Shown in pieces: positions 26,393 to 36,459 of a stretch of DNA of 50,091 bases; the first letter of the stretch is position 1, and every line of letters begins with the position of its first letter. Where the stretch lies: positions 1 to 50,091 of the forward strand of contig JAZRFU010000071.1 of NCBI GenBank assembly GCA_045643865.1, in the 5' to 3' direction. The position numbers and the translations under genes are program-made. The notes beneath the pieces were generated by a model. That model was not told the DNA's origin, searched no databases, and was given only the letters and a program-made list of their open reading frames with translations. The DNA comes from Eubacteriales bacterium. GTDB taxonomy: Bacteria; Bacillota; Clostridia; Oscillospirales; CAG-272.

Positions 26393-27355
26393 ATGATAAA
26401 TACATACAAACCCGAAGGACTTATTATAGGGACGGCGCAGAATCGCGAGCTGCTTGCCGCCGGTAAAATCGGACTTGAAAAAGCTATGTCTTTGGGAATC
26501 ATTATGGAGAGCACCGCAATTCTTTGCGACAGTGATATGAATCTTCACGTCGATCTGCACGGCATAACGGGTATAATTCCCAAGAGTGAGGTCTGTCTTT
26601 GCCGTGATGGAGAATGTCCAAAGGATATTGCAATAATCACACGAGTTGGCAAACCAATCTGCTTTAAGGTAACCTCAATAGACGAGGTGGGCGGTCGCAC
26701 AGTGGCATATCTTTCAAGGCGCGAGGCACAGCTTGAATGTAAGCGCAACTACATAGATGATCTCATTCCGGGGGATATCGTATGCTCAAAGGTTACGCAT
26801 CTTGAAAACTTTGGTGCATTCGTTGACATCGGCTGCGGCATAGTTTCACTTCTATCCGTGGACTGCATTTCCGTATCCCGCTTTGCCCATCCCAGAGACC
26901 GACTTTACTGCGGAATGGTCATCAACACGGTCGTAAAATTCATTGATCTTGAGCGCGACCGAATATTCGTATCAATGCGCGAGCTGCTCGGCACGTGGGA
27001 GGAAAACGCGGCACTTTTCACACCTGGTCAGACCGTTGCGGGCATTATACGAAGCGTTGAAAACTACGGAATATTCGTAGAGCTTACTCCAAACCTTGCA
27101 GGACTTGCCGAGGTACGCGACGATATTCCCTTTCTGCGCGAGGGGGATGCGAGCGGACGGCTTGCGGCGGTCTATATTAAAAGTATAATTCCTGAACGAA
27201 TGAAGATAAAGCTCGTTTTGGTGGACGCCTATAAGGGTGACAAGAGCGCGGCAAATATCCGCTATTTCATCGACGGCGAAAACGTAACACATATAGACAA
27301 GTGGCGCTATTCTCCGCCCCAGTGTCCGAAAATTATAGAAACCGTTTTTGAATAA
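26393..27355 (+). CDS. S1 RNA-binding domain-containing protein (multiple S1 repeats)
   Basis: GDIVCSKVTHLENFGAFVDIGCGIVSLL and GQTVAGIIRSVENYGIFVELTPNLAGLAE are S1/OB motifs. 320 aa. Confidence 0.7.
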   Translation: MINTYKPEGLIIGTAQNRELLAAGKIGLEKAMSLGIIMESTAILCDSDMNLHVDLHGITGIIPKSEVCLCRDGECPKDIAIITRVGKPICFKVTSIDEVGGRTVAYLSRREAQLECKRNYIDDLIPGDIVCSKVTHLENFGAFVDIGCGIVSLLSVDCISVSRFAHPRDRLYCGMVINTVVKFIDLERDRIFVSMRELLGTWEENAALFTPGQTVAGIIRSVENYGIFVELTPNLAGLAEVRDDIPFLREGDASGRLAAVYIKSIIPERMKIKLVLVDAYKGDKSAANIRYFIDGENVTHIDKWRYSPPQCPKIIETVFE

Positions 27356-27357
27356 AG

Positions 27358-27383
27358 AAAAGGGCTGAATTTCAGCCCTTTTT
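27358..27383. terminator. Bidirectional terminator
   Basis: AAAAGGGCUGAA-UU-UCAGCCCUUUU. Confidence 0.7.
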
Positions 27384-27386
27384 ACT

Positions 27387-28340
27387 TTACACTATTCTAT
27401 TGCGCTTATCGCCGCTTATATATGACTCGATATTCTTACATATCTCGCCGATACAACGCACTCTTGCCTCGTATGAGCCCCACGCCATGTGAGGTGTAAA
27501 ATACACGTTATCAAATCCCGCGATCTTATGATACGGGTGATCCTCGGGAATCGGGTCTTTGGTATATACGTCCACACCCAAGCCGCCTATTTGTCCTTTC
27601 AGTATGGCTTCGGTCAATGCCGCCTCGTCGGCAACCGCGCCTCTTGCCACGTTTATAAATATTGCATTTTTCTTCATAAGCGCAATTCGATCCGCGTTTA
27701 TAATATTGCGCGTTCCGTCATTGAGCGGAGTATGCACGGATATTATATCAGAGATACGGCAAAGCGTGTCCATATCAACACATTCCACGTTCTCGTCCGG
27801 CGTTCTTTTCACCGCTACAACACGGCAACCGAGCGCACGAGCAACGTTGGCAACCTGACGTCCGATATTACCGTAACCGACTATTCCCCACGTTTTGCCG
27901 TATATTTCATTATACACGGGTGTAAGGATATTCGCAACACCGCCGCGCGTATACGTGCCATCGGAAACGGAGCGGTCATACTCGCGCAAATGTGAGATGA
28001 GCGAGAGTGCCATAGCCAAAGTGATCTGCGCAACGTTCTGGGTTGAATACCCTACCACGTTGCAAACCGCAATTCCGCGCTCGCGGCAGTACTCGGTATC
28101 GATATTATCATATCCCGTTGCCGTTATGCATATAAGCTTGAGATTTTTGCAGGTCTTGAGATTGTGCGGACCAACCTTTATTTTGTTGATTATGAGAATA
28201 TCGCAGTCAGCCGTTCTCTGCTCAAATTCGTCCGCAGAGGTAGAACCATACACCGTCAACTCTCCGTATTTTTCAAGCACGGACAAGTCGAGATCTGCTC
28301 CAACGGTAGATGCGTCGAGAAATACTATTTTGATGGACAT
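27387..28340 (-). CDS. D-isomer-specific 2-hydroxyacid dehydrogenase (glycerate dehydrogenase / hydroxypyruvate reductase-like)
   Basis: NAD-binding GIVGYGNIGRQVANVARALGCRV, catalytic region FINVARGAVADEAAL...TPHMAW. Confidence 0.85.
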   Translation of the reverse strand: MSIKIVFLDASTVGADLDLSVLEKYGELTVYGSTSADEFEQRTADCDILIINKIKVGPHNLKTCKNLKLICITATGYDNIDTEYCRERGIAVCNVVGYSTQNVAQITLAMALSLISHLREYDRSVSDGTYTRGGVANILTPVYNEIYGKTWGIVGYGNIGRQVANVARALGCRVVAVKRTPDENVECVDMDTLCRISDIISVHTPLNDGTRNIINADRIALMKKNAIFINVARGAVADEAALTEAILKGQIGGLGVDVYTKDPIPEDHPYHKIAGFDNVYFTPHMAWGSYEARVRCIGEICKNIESYISGDKRNRIV

Positions 28341-28362
28341 AAAGCTCTCCGTTTCTTAAAAA

Positions 28363-29778
28363 TTAAACGTCAAATCCGAAATAATTGCGCGTGTTTTCGT
28401 AGGATATGCGCTTTACAATATCCGCCGCAGCATCAAAGTCGGGATAATATCCGTTCTCAACCCAGCCACCGATTATATTGCAAAGTATTCTGCGGAAATA
28501 TTCATGACGGGGATAGGACATAAAGCTGCGCGAGTCGGTAAGCATGCCGAGGAAGTTTCCAAGAGAGGCAAGATTTGCAAAGCTCTTCATCTGCGCTTCC
28601 ATACCGTCAATGTTGTCATTGAACCACCAGCCGCTTCCCTGTACTACGGTGGGAGTATTGCTGCCGTCACCTCTGCAGAAGCATCCGCACAGAGTTCCGA
28701 CTGCCGCATTATCCGTGGAATTTATGGGATATATTATCGTCTTGGGAAGCGCATCGTTCATCTGCATATAATCAAGCAGATATGCTATATCCGCAACACA
28801 GCTCTTCGCATGTATCATATCGTATCCCGAATCGGGACCGAGCTTTGCAAACATTGCTTTATTGGTGTTTCGCAATACACCGTAGTGAAGCTGGAGCACC
28901 CAATTTCTCTTAACATATTCAAGTCCGAAGAATCTCATAAGCTGAGTCTTCCAGAGCGCAAGCTCATCCTCGGTAATATCCGCGCCATCGCTTGCGAGTG
29001 CCTTTTTGAAGATCTCGTCTGCGTGGTACTTGTCGGGCTTAGCAAAAGAAATGTAGTTATCCATGCCGTGATCTGCGGTCTTGCAGCCAAGCTCCTCAAA
29101 TCTATCGAGCGATACGGTGTACGCTTGGCACAAGCTATCGTAATCAGTAATATTTACACCCGTGCTATTGCCGAGAGCTTTAATATAATCTACGATTCCG
29201 CGTCTTTCGATATTGAAGCCCTTGTCGGGACGGAATGCGGGCAATACCTTTACCTCAAAGCCCGATTCCTTTATCTGACGGTGATATTCGAGAGAATCTG
29301 CGGGGTCGTCGGTCGTGCAAAGCAAAACCACGCCCGAATTTCTTATATAATCCTGTGCGCCGTAGTTATCGCGGGCAAGCTTGTCTGCCGTAAGCTCCCA
29401 TATTTTCTCGCAGTTTGCGGAATTTATCGTGAGATCGCAATCAAAATATCTGCGAAGCTCAAGATGACTCCAATGGTAAACCGGATGCCCGATAAGAAGC
29501 GGCATAATACGGCAATATTCACGGAATTTTTCAAAATCCGAACCGTTGCCCGTTATATATTTTTCATCTACTCCGCAGCATCTCATAGCTCTCCACTTGT
29601 AGTGGTCAGCATACAGCCAAAGCTCTGTGATATTTGAGAATTTCTTGTTTTCCGCAATCTCACGAGGCGAGAGATGACAGTGATAGTCAATTATTGGAAG
29701 CTTTGAAGCATAATCCGTATAAAGTTTGACCGCCGACGGCGTTTCAAGCAAAAAATCATTTCCCATAAATTGTTTCAT
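28363..29778 (-). CDS. uxaC: Glucuronate isomerase
   Basis: FMGNDFLLETPSAVKLYTDYASKLPIIDYHCHLSPREIAENKKF is the UxaC N-terminal signature. 471 aa. Confidence 0.9.
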   Translation of the reverse strand: MKQFMGNDFLLETPSAVKLYTDYASKLPIIDYHCHLSPREIAENKKFSNITELWLYADHYKWRAMRCCGVDEKYITGNGSDFEKFREYCRIMPLLIGHPVYHWSHLELRRYFDCDLTINSANCEKIWELTADKLARDNYGAQDYIRNSGVVLLCTTDDPADSLEYHRQIKESGFEVKVLPAFRPDKGFNIERRGIVDYIKALGNSTGVNITDYDSLCQAYTVSLDRFEELGCKTADHGMDNYISFAKPDKYHADEIFKKALASDGADITEDELALWKTQLMRFFGLEYVKRNWVLQLHYGVLRNTNKAMFAKLGPDSGYDMIHAKSCVADIAYLLDYMQMNDALPKTIIYPINSTDNAAVGTLCGCFCRGDGSNTPTVVQGSGWWFNDNIDGMEAQMKSFANLASLGNFLGMLTDSRSFMSYPRHEYFRRILCNIIGGWVENGYYPDFDAAADIVKRISYENTRNYFGFDV

Positions 29779-29932
29779 TTTTCGGTCCTCCGCAAATCTG
29801 AATATACGACTATTTTACCATATATTCATTGTATTTTCAAGCATTACGCGAATTATTTTGCAAAATCTATATACAAAATTAAAAAAATGTGATAAAATGT
29901 ATGTGTATATTTGGAAATGGAGGCGAAAAAGC

Positions 29933-30754
29933 ATGATTCTGGCTGATTATCATACACATACGAATCTGTCGTTCGACGGCGACCGCGATTGCTCAACAGA
30001 CGCGCTTTGTGCCTCCGCCATAGAAAAAGGGATCACAGATCTTGCTATCACCGATCACTATGAATGTAATTGGCAAGAATTTGATGAGTACAAGCCGTTC
30101 AACACTCAAATCGCCTATGAGCGCATCATAGCGGCAAAGGAAAAATACGCAGGCCGTCTTAATCTGGCATACGGCATTGAGCTTGGACAGATAAATCAAG
30201 CGCCTGACGAAGCGATCAAGGTGCTTCGGGAGAATAAATTCGATTTTGTTCTCTGCTCCGTGCATAACATATCAAATCACCCCGATTTCTACTTTATGGA
30301 TTTCACCGATCCCGAAATACAGGAAAAGATCCCGTACATGTTTGATAAGTCCATCGACGAGCTTTGTGACTCTTTGGATATTATCGACGGAATCGATTCC
30401 GTAGCGCACATTACCTACATGCGTCGCTATGCCGAGATGGCAGGCGTGCGTTACGATTACACACGTCACTTTGATCACGTTAAAGCTCTTTTTGACAAAA
30501 TGATCTCCAAGGACATCGCGTTGGAGGTCAACGTGTCAACCTTATGGAAGGGGCTTGGATTTGCCATGCCCGACAAAAGCTTTCTGCAGTTATACAAGGA
30601 CTGCGGCGGTAAGTTCTTAACCGTCGGCACGGATACACATTCCACTCAAAACGTCGGAAGGTCGGTCAAAGACGGGCTTTCGATAATCAAATCTATCGGC
30701 TTTGACAGTATAATGACCGTCAGGGACGGCAAAAAAATTCTGAACAAAATATAA
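29933..30754 (+). CDS. PHP-domain histidinol-phosphatase-family phosphoesterase
   Basis: MILADYHTHTNLSFDGD ... ITDH ... CSVH ... GTDTHS are the PHP metal-binding motifs. The start is moved to ATG 29933 behind GGAGG; the ORF-track N-extension overlaps the uxaC promoter region. Confidence 0.75.
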   Translation: MILADYHTHTNLSFDGDRDCSTDALCASAIEKGITDLAITDHYECNWQEFDEYKPFNTQIAYERIIAAKEKYAGRLNLAYGIELGQINQAPDEAIKVLRENKFDFVLCSVHNISNHPDFYFMDFTDPEIQEKIPYMFDKSIDELCDSLDIIDGIDSVAHITYMRRYAEMAGVRYDYTRHFDHVKALFDKMISKDIALEVNVSTLWKGLGFAMPDKSFLQLYKDCGGKFLTVGTDTHSTQNVGRSVKDGLSIIKSIGFDSIMTVRDGKKILNKI

Positions 30755-30782
30755 TCCGCCCACGCGGAAAATGGAGATAAAA

Positions 30783-32393
30783 ATGAATCTTACAAATTTC
30801 AGTCTGCTTTTCCCCAACGAAAGCTCCAAGCAGGAATTCTTTGAGGGTAACGGCCGTGCAAATATCGATATGTACACGCTGGAGCAGCTCGGCATGCTTG
30901 AAATACTCGATCTTAGCGGATCAGAGCTGTCCGAATACTGCACCACCTCACAAGAGGTAATAGGATACCGCCAAGAGATCTTTGCGGATATGATGAGCTG
31001 CCCTGTCCTCTGTGACACATTCAACAAGCTTATACCGGTTCTGCACGATATAACCGAGCTTCGTCGTCTTGAGGCGGACTCCTCTGGTGGCGAGGACTAT
31101 CTTTCAAGCATCACCGAAATTGAGCTTTACATATCCTGCATTGAGATACTGTACGGCGGTCTTAAGACGGTTGAGGCAGATATCAAGAGTCGTGCTATAT
31201 CAATTCTTTGCGAAAAGGTGCGCGAGCTTGCAGAATCCGAATACTATAAGGAGCTTAACGAAAAGCTCTCTGAGCTTACAAGCCGCGTTCGTGAGATTAA
31301 GAGCATATCCGTAGGTGTCAACCTGGATGCACAGCTTCGCCCCTCTTATGCCGGGGTGCTCTCAATAAATGCCGAGCCGTTCAAATCGGGCGATACCATA
31401 GATAAGATACTCCGACTCAACTTCAAGGACGACGAATACACCTGCATCGCCAATCTTGTTCCATTTGGCAAATCGCAGTCCGACAATCAGAAAACGGCAC
31501 TTTCGAATGCATTCAACTCCGCTATCAACGACGTATATCGCTCATCGCTGAAATCGTGGAAGAAAATAGTCAACGAGTACGTTTTTGAAAACACGGATTT
31601 TTTGCTCGGTCTTATGCCTGAAATAGAATTCTTCGCAAAAGGAACTGCTATGCTCAACCGACTCCGTGAGCGCGGATATTCGCTTGTAAAGCCGCAAATA
31701 TGCGTTGGTGTCAATCCAATATTCAATGCAATTGGTCTTTACAATCCCGTAGTTGCGCTAAAGCTTAATGAGAACGAAGCTATCGTCGATAACGATATTC
31801 GCTTCAACCGCGCCGACGCGCTCATTTACGTTTTGACAGGTCCTAACCGCGGCGGTAAGTCCGTGATAACCTGCGCGATAGGTCTGGCAACTGTAATGAT
31901 GCAGCTTGGAATGTTCGTGCCTGCCACGAGTGCCGAGATAAGTCCTGCCGATGCTATATTCACCCACTTCCCTACGGGAGCTGACGATACCATTGACAAG
32001 GGACGTCTTGGAGAGGAATGCGCGCGACTTGGCGAGATATTTGATTGCGTCACTAAAGACAGTCTTGTCCTGCTTGACGAATCCTTCTCATCGACCGGCT
32101 CTTATGAGGGCTCTTATATCGCGTCCGAGGTGCTTGCGGGCATTTCGATGGTTGGATGCCGTTGCCTTTTCGCAACCCATCTTCACGAGCTTGCCGCAGA
32201 GATAGATAGAATAAACGGCGAGGTTATGACAACAGGTGGAGTAAAGATAGATACTCTTGTTGCAGGAATTGAGGAGGGCGAACGCTCCTTCAAAATATTC
32301 CGTGCCAAGCCCGACGGAAAGAGCTATGCAAGGGATATCGCCGAGAGATACGGACTTACGTACGAAAATATACTGCAAAAAATTCAAAAATAA
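30783..32393 (+). CDS. MutS-related ATPase with domain V only (no mismatch-binding or Smr domain)
   Basis: Walker A LTGPNRGGKSV, VLLDESFSSTGSYEG (Walker B region) and ATHLHEL. The N-terminal ~300 aa is helical with no recognisable MutS domain I. The start is either 30771 or 30783; the latter has GGAG 6 nt upstream. Confidence 0.7.
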   Translation: MNLTNFSLLFPNESSKQEFFEGNGRANIDMYTLEQLGMLEILDLSGSELSEYCTTSQEVIGYRQEIFADMMSCPVLCDTFNKLIPVLHDITELRRLEADSSGGEDYLSSITEIELYISCIEILYGGLKTVEADIKSRAISILCEKVRELAESEYYKELNEKLSELTSRVREIKSISVGVNLDAQLRPSYAGVLSINAEPFKSGDTIDKILRLNFKDDEYTCIANLVPFGKSQSDNQKTALSNAFNSAINDVYRSSLKSWKKIVNEYVFENTDFLLGLMPEIEFFAKGTAMLNRLRERGYSLVKPQICVGVNPIFNAIGLYNPVVALKLNENEAIVDNDIRFNRADALIYVLTGPNRGGKSVITCAIGLATVMMQLGMFVPATSAEISPADAIFTHFPTGADDTIDKGRLGEECARLGEIFDCVTKDSLVLLDESFSSTGSYEGSYIASEVLAGISMVGCRCLFATHLHELAAEIDRINGEVMTTGGVKIDTLVAGIEEGERSFKIFRAKPDGKSYARDIAERYGLTYENILQKIQK

Positions 32394-32396
32394 AGC

Positions 32397-32432
32397 AAAA
32401 TGCAACAGAGCCAAATGCTCTGTTGCATTTTT
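32397..32432. terminator. Bidirectional terminator
   Basis: AAAAUGCAACAGAGC-CAAAU-GCUCUGUUGCAUUUUU. Confidence 0.7.
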
Positions 32433-32441
32433 ATTCATCTA

Positions 32442-33803
32442 TCATTTACCCATGATCTGCATCGCCTTGTTGAGCAGCTTTGCCATGTATCCGCGCGTCA
32501 TAATCTCATTTGCTCCCACTGTCTTATCAGGAAGCTCCAATACACCGAGGGTATAAAGAGATTCTATTGCCTCGCTCGACCATGAGGGTATGGAATCCGC
32601 ATCAGCAAATACGGGGGCGACCTCTGCCTTGGCATATCCTATCATGTTGCTGACTATGACCGCCGCCTCGGATAACTTGATAGTTTCGTCGGGACGGAAA
32701 TAGATGTTGCCGTCAGCTTTAATGCCGCTTATGTACCCCTTTGAATATGCAAGCGCAATATATCCCTTCATTTCCTCGCTTATATCCGCATCGTCATAAA
32801 AACCCGTGCTTGTAGCTGTGGGAACATTTTTGATACCCAGCGCATTCATTGCCGTAACAACAAATTCTGAACGGCTCACTTCTCTGTCCGCCTCGAAATA
32901 GAAATAATCTCCGACACGTATTCCGTTCATCAGTCCCTTTTCCGTCATAGCAATAGCGTGACTGTAAGCGGGATCGTCCTGCATATCACTATATACCGTT
33001 GACGTACTTTGAGCTGAAACCGTGATACTTACCGTAGCAGACGCGCTATAATTGCCGTATTTGTCAAATACTACGTAATCAAAGCTGTCCGTACCCGTAT
33101 AAGATGTGGCAGGAATGTAGGTATATACACCCAATTTATTATCCTCAAGCACCACGCGACCATGCGAGGGATATTTGACGATCTCAAAGGTTATGGAATC
33201 CCCCTCGGGATCGTATGCCGAAAGCACTCCGTCTATTTTAACGTCACGGTACGTTTGATTGTTCAGTGATATATAAGATGCCATGCTCAACGTAGGGGAA
33301 TAATTCAATTCGTCTATCATAAAAATGTTGCATACAACATCATACGCGCTTCCGTTAACTCGGAATTCAAACGACGTGTTACCACCCGTTCCAACGCCCG
33401 TTTCCTCATAGGTCAGTAACGAAAGCTCGCCCGAGCTTATTTTTTGATTTACCGATACACTCTGGCTTCCGATATACAACGATCCGCACGTCGCATCGGG
33501 AAGCTTTGTTATAATTATATGATCCACCTGCGACAGATTCATAGCGCAAGCAAATCTGTCCGATGAAAAATTAAGAGCATTTCCCTTTATCCCTGCAACA
33601 GTCATCTGATTTTGATAAGCTATAACGTCAAGAGCATACGATACAACCGCCGTCTCATTGATCGCTACGTTTGAATTTCCCGACATCAAGGAATGAAGCG
33701 CAGATCCCTCACTCTGCTCCTCTGCACATACACAAACCGTCATAAACAGACATACGGCAATAACTATTGCTGACGTCAACAGTATTCTTTTTATCACCCT
33801 CAT
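32442..33803 (-). CDS. Secreted cell-surface protein: Ig/cadherin-like domain plus C-terminal SLH repeats
   Basis: Signal peptide MRVIKRILLTSAIVIAVCLFMTVCVCA. DPEGDSITFEIVKYPSHGRVVLEDNKLGVYTYIPATSYTGTDSFDYVVFDKYGNYSASATVSITV is a cadherin-like/VCBS-type repeat. SLH-like segments include SHAIAMTEKGLMNG...EVSRSEFVVTAMNALG. Confidence 0.65.
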   Translation of the reverse strand: MRVIKRILLTSAIVIAVCLFMTVCVCAEEQSEGSALHSLMSGNSNVAINETAVVSYALDVIAYQNQMTVAGIKGNALNFSSDRFACAMNLSQVDHIIITKLPDATCGSLYIGSQSVSVNQKISSGELSLLTYEETGVGTGGNTSFEFRVNGSAYDVVCNIFMIDELNYSPTLSMASYISLNNQTYRDVKIDGVLSAYDPEGDSITFEIVKYPSHGRVVLEDNKLGVYTYIPATSYTGTDSFDYVVFDKYGNYSASATVSITVSAQSTSTVYSDMQDDPAYSHAIAMTEKGLMNGIRVGDYFYFEADREVSRSEFVVTAMNALGIKNVPTATSTGFYDDADISEEMKGYIALAYSKGYISGIKADGNIYFRPDETIKLSEAAVIVSNMIGYAKAEVAPVFADADSIPSWSSEAIESLYTLGVLELPDKTVGANEIMTRGYMAKLLNKAMQIMGK

Positions 33804-34021
33804 AAGTTCCTCCCAGAATAGTTTTTATCTGTACAATTATATTTTTTCAAACGGGAAAATATTCCATATACTCAAAGACATATCTCGTCGCGAATTGCTT
33901 CGATCACTTAAAGTGAAATTTTTAATAAGTTTTTCTCCGCGTTACAAAAAATTCGCACTTTTGCGTTTTAAATATGGTATACTTAATGTTAAATAATACG
34001 AGAATAACATTGGAGGAAAAA

Positions 34022-34987
34022 ATGACGTTCATAATAGACGAGCAAAATTCGGGACGCGCAGTGCTGTCCTTTCTGAAATCATCACTTAAAATATCCTCTT
34101 CGGTTCTCGCTATGCTTAAACGCGATGAGAAAGGTATTCTCGTCAACGGGAATCATGTCACGGTAAGATATATACTCAAATCAGGCGACGTACTGTCTAT
34201 AAACGAAAAGGATTCGCCACAGGATGTCAATGAGTCAATTGAGCCACATGATCTGCCACTTGATATTATATTTGAGAACAACGATATAATGATAATAGAC
34301 AAGCCCGCCAATATGCCTACTCATCCCTCGCACGGCCACATTGACGATACGCTCGCAAATGCCGTGGCATACAGATACGCAGAGCGTGGAGAAATATTTG
34401 TGTTCAGACCGATCGGTCGCCTTGACAAAAACACCAGCGGTATTTCTCTGATCGCCAAGAATGCTATATCCGCCTCATATCTTTCTTTCGCGAGAAGACA
34501 CGGCACTATATGCAAAAAATACATAGCTATTCTCAACGGGGAGATCGAGAGCGACGGTTCCGTTCAAGTGATAGATTCGTATATGAAACGAATGGAAGAC
34601 AGTGTTATAGTACGTTGTATAGGTGATGCGACCGAGGAAGGTAGCTTCCGCGCTATAACGCATTGGCGTCTTATATGGTCAGGCAACGGAATAAGCGTGG
34701 TTGAAGCGATACCGAAGACGGGACGAACTCATCAGTTGAGAGTCCACTTCGCGCATATCGGTCATTTCATCATTGGCGATGATATGTACGGACTACCGCA
34801 CGAATTGATAGGACGTCACGCTTTACATGCGGCATCACTGTCAATTCCGATTCCGTATTCGGATATAAATTGCATATCAGAATTTTCATCAGCTCCTCCG
34901 CAAGACATGCAGAAGGCATTTAACAGCATCACCGGACTTGACCTGAACGAGATAATATTATTAAATCGGGACAAGGAACAAAAATGA
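34022..34987 (+). CDS. RluA-family pseudouridine synthase
   Basis: S4-like N-terminus. IIDKPANMPTHPS, catalytic RPIGRLDKNTSGISLIAKN, and GRTHQLRVHFAHIGHFIIGDDMYG. The start is moved to ATG 34022 behind GGAGGA. Confidence 0.85.
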   Translation: MTFIIDEQNSGRAVLSFLKSSLKISSSVLAMLKRDEKGILVNGNHVTVRYILKSGDVLSINEKDSPQDVNESIEPHDLPLDIIFENNDIMIIDKPANMPTHPSHGHIDDTLANAVAYRYAERGEIFVFRPIGRLDKNTSGISLIAKNAISASYLSFARRHGTICKKYIAILNGEIESDGSVQVIDSYMKRMEDSVIVRCIGDATEEGSFRAITHWRLIWSGNGISVVEAIPKTGRTHQLRVHFAHIGHFIIGDDMYGLPHELIGRHALHAASLSIPIPYSDINCISEFSSAPPQDMQKAFNSITGLDLNEIILLNRDKEQK

Positions 34988-36117
34988 TATTCAAAAAAGA
35001 TAAAAAAGCAATTCCAAAAGATAAATACGAGCGCGTGCCGCTTTGGTGCAAGATCGCGCTTATATGCAGTGCCATTTGCCTTGTTTTGTACGCTATTATT
35101 TGCGCAAGCCCAAGCTTCGCCGAAATATTCAATAGATACGTCGGTACATTTTTTCGATTTTTATTGGCACAAATAACAAACGTATTACCATTTTCTCTTG
35201 CGGAAACAGTGATTATACTAATGCCCGTAATACTGTTTTTGGTAATACGGTATTTAGTGAAGCGGCGCTGCGGATCTCCACGGGCGGTTGCAGTGTCTGT
35301 AATATGTATTCTGTCTGTAATCTGTATTTTATTCTCGACGTTCGTTCTGACCTTCGCGGCGGGCTACCGAGGTCTGCCTTTTGAAGACAAGCTTGAATTC
35401 AAATCAGAAAAATTGACTGCCCGAGATCTTTATAATAGCGCTGAATATCTCACCGAAAAAATAAACGGTCTGGCAGACAAAATATCGTATTCCGACGACG
35501 GATTTTCACAAATGCCTTACAAGCTTGATCAAATGAGCAACAAGCTGATCCAAGCATACGAGGAGTTCTGTCAAAAGCACACGTTTATTAAGAATTTCCG
35601 CAGTCGAGTCAAGCCCGTACTGTTAAGTGAGGCAATGTCCTATGCTCATATAACCGGTGTATATACATTCTTCACAGGCGAGTCAAATATCAACGTTGAC
35701 TTTCCCGATTATACGATTCCTTATACCGCCGCCCATGAGCTTGCGCATCAACGCGGCATAGCTCGCGAGGACGAGGCGAATATGATCGCATTCCTTGTGT
35801 CTATGCAATCAGAGGACGTATATATTCAATATAGCGCTTACGTTGGCATTTACGAATATGTCATGAGCGCATTGTACGGAGCTGACAAGGATCTGTATCG
35901 AGAGATATACTCCTCACTCGACGCAAAAGTAAAACGCGAGCAAGCTGCATACAGAGAATTTTTCAAAAAGTATCAGGACTCAATTACGTCAAGCGTAAGC
36001 AACACGGTTAACGATATATACCTCCAAGCCCAAGGAACCGTCGGAGCCAAGAGCTACGGAATGGTCGTTGATCTGACGGTAGCATACCTCAAAAATCAAA
36101 ACTTAATACCTCAATAA
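34984..36117 (+). CDS. DUF3810-like membrane protein with an HExxH metalloprotease-type motif
   Basis: N-terminal TM segments and AAHELAHQRGIAREDEANMIAF. The start overlaps the rluA-family stop (ATGA at 34984-34987). Confidence 0.6.
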   Translation: MIFKKDKKAIPKDKYERVPLWCKIALICSAICLVLYAIICASPSFAEIFNRYVGTFFRFLLAQITNVLPFSLAETVIILMPVILFLVIRYLVKRRCGSPRAVAVSVICILSVICILFSTFVLTFAAGYRGLPFEDKLEFKSEKLTARDLYNSAEYLTEKINGLADKISYSDDGFSQMPYKLDQMSNKLIQAYEEFCQKHTFIKNFRSRVKPVLLSEAMSYAHITGVYTFFTGESNINVDFPDYTIPYTAAHELAHQRGIAREDEANMIAFLVSMQSEDVYIQYSAYVGIYEYVMSALYGADKDLYREIYSSLDAKVKREQAAYREFFKKYQDSITSSVSNTVNDIYLQAQGTVGAKSYGMVVDLTVAYLKNQNLIPQ

Positions 36118-36136
36118 ACTCAAAATTTTGTCAAAA

Positions 36137-36178
36137 TATCGCCTCACGGAATATACTGTCTGTGGGGCGATATTTTTG
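36137..36178 (+). terminator. Terminator after the DUF3810-like gene
   Basis: AAUAUCGCCUCAC...GUGGGGCGAUAUUUUUG. Confidence 0.55.
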
Positions 36179-36430
36179 TAATTTTTATTCATTTTTATGT
36201 CGTAGTTATCAAAAATATGGATACAACGACATTATTTGTTAACTGTTTTAATTTTTTATTTGTTTTTTATTCATTTTTTAACGATTTTGCGGTGTTTTAT
36301 TCATAAAGTTGTCGGTTATAGCGTTTTTAGAACAAAAGTATCGTGTCGTATCTCGCGCAATATTTAATAATTGTCAACAGATATTTTGACAAAATTTGTA
36401 AATAAATTATAAACTTTACGCAAATGCTAT

Positions 36431-36459
36431 TTACATAGTTATGCATTTATGATATAATA
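36431..36459 (+). promoter_or_regulatory. Candidate sigma-A promoter for murA (implies a ~145-nt leader)
   Basis: TTTACA (36431-36436), 17 nt, TATAAT (36454-36459). Confidence 0.4.

Noticed and set aside
26228-26560. A 110-aa minus-strand ORF in the AT-rich rplM / S1-gene divergent region.
   Set aside because: It overlaps the start of the well-supported S1-domain gene and the promoter region. Its composition is K/F/I-rich as expected from AT-rich non-coding DNA, and it has no RBS.
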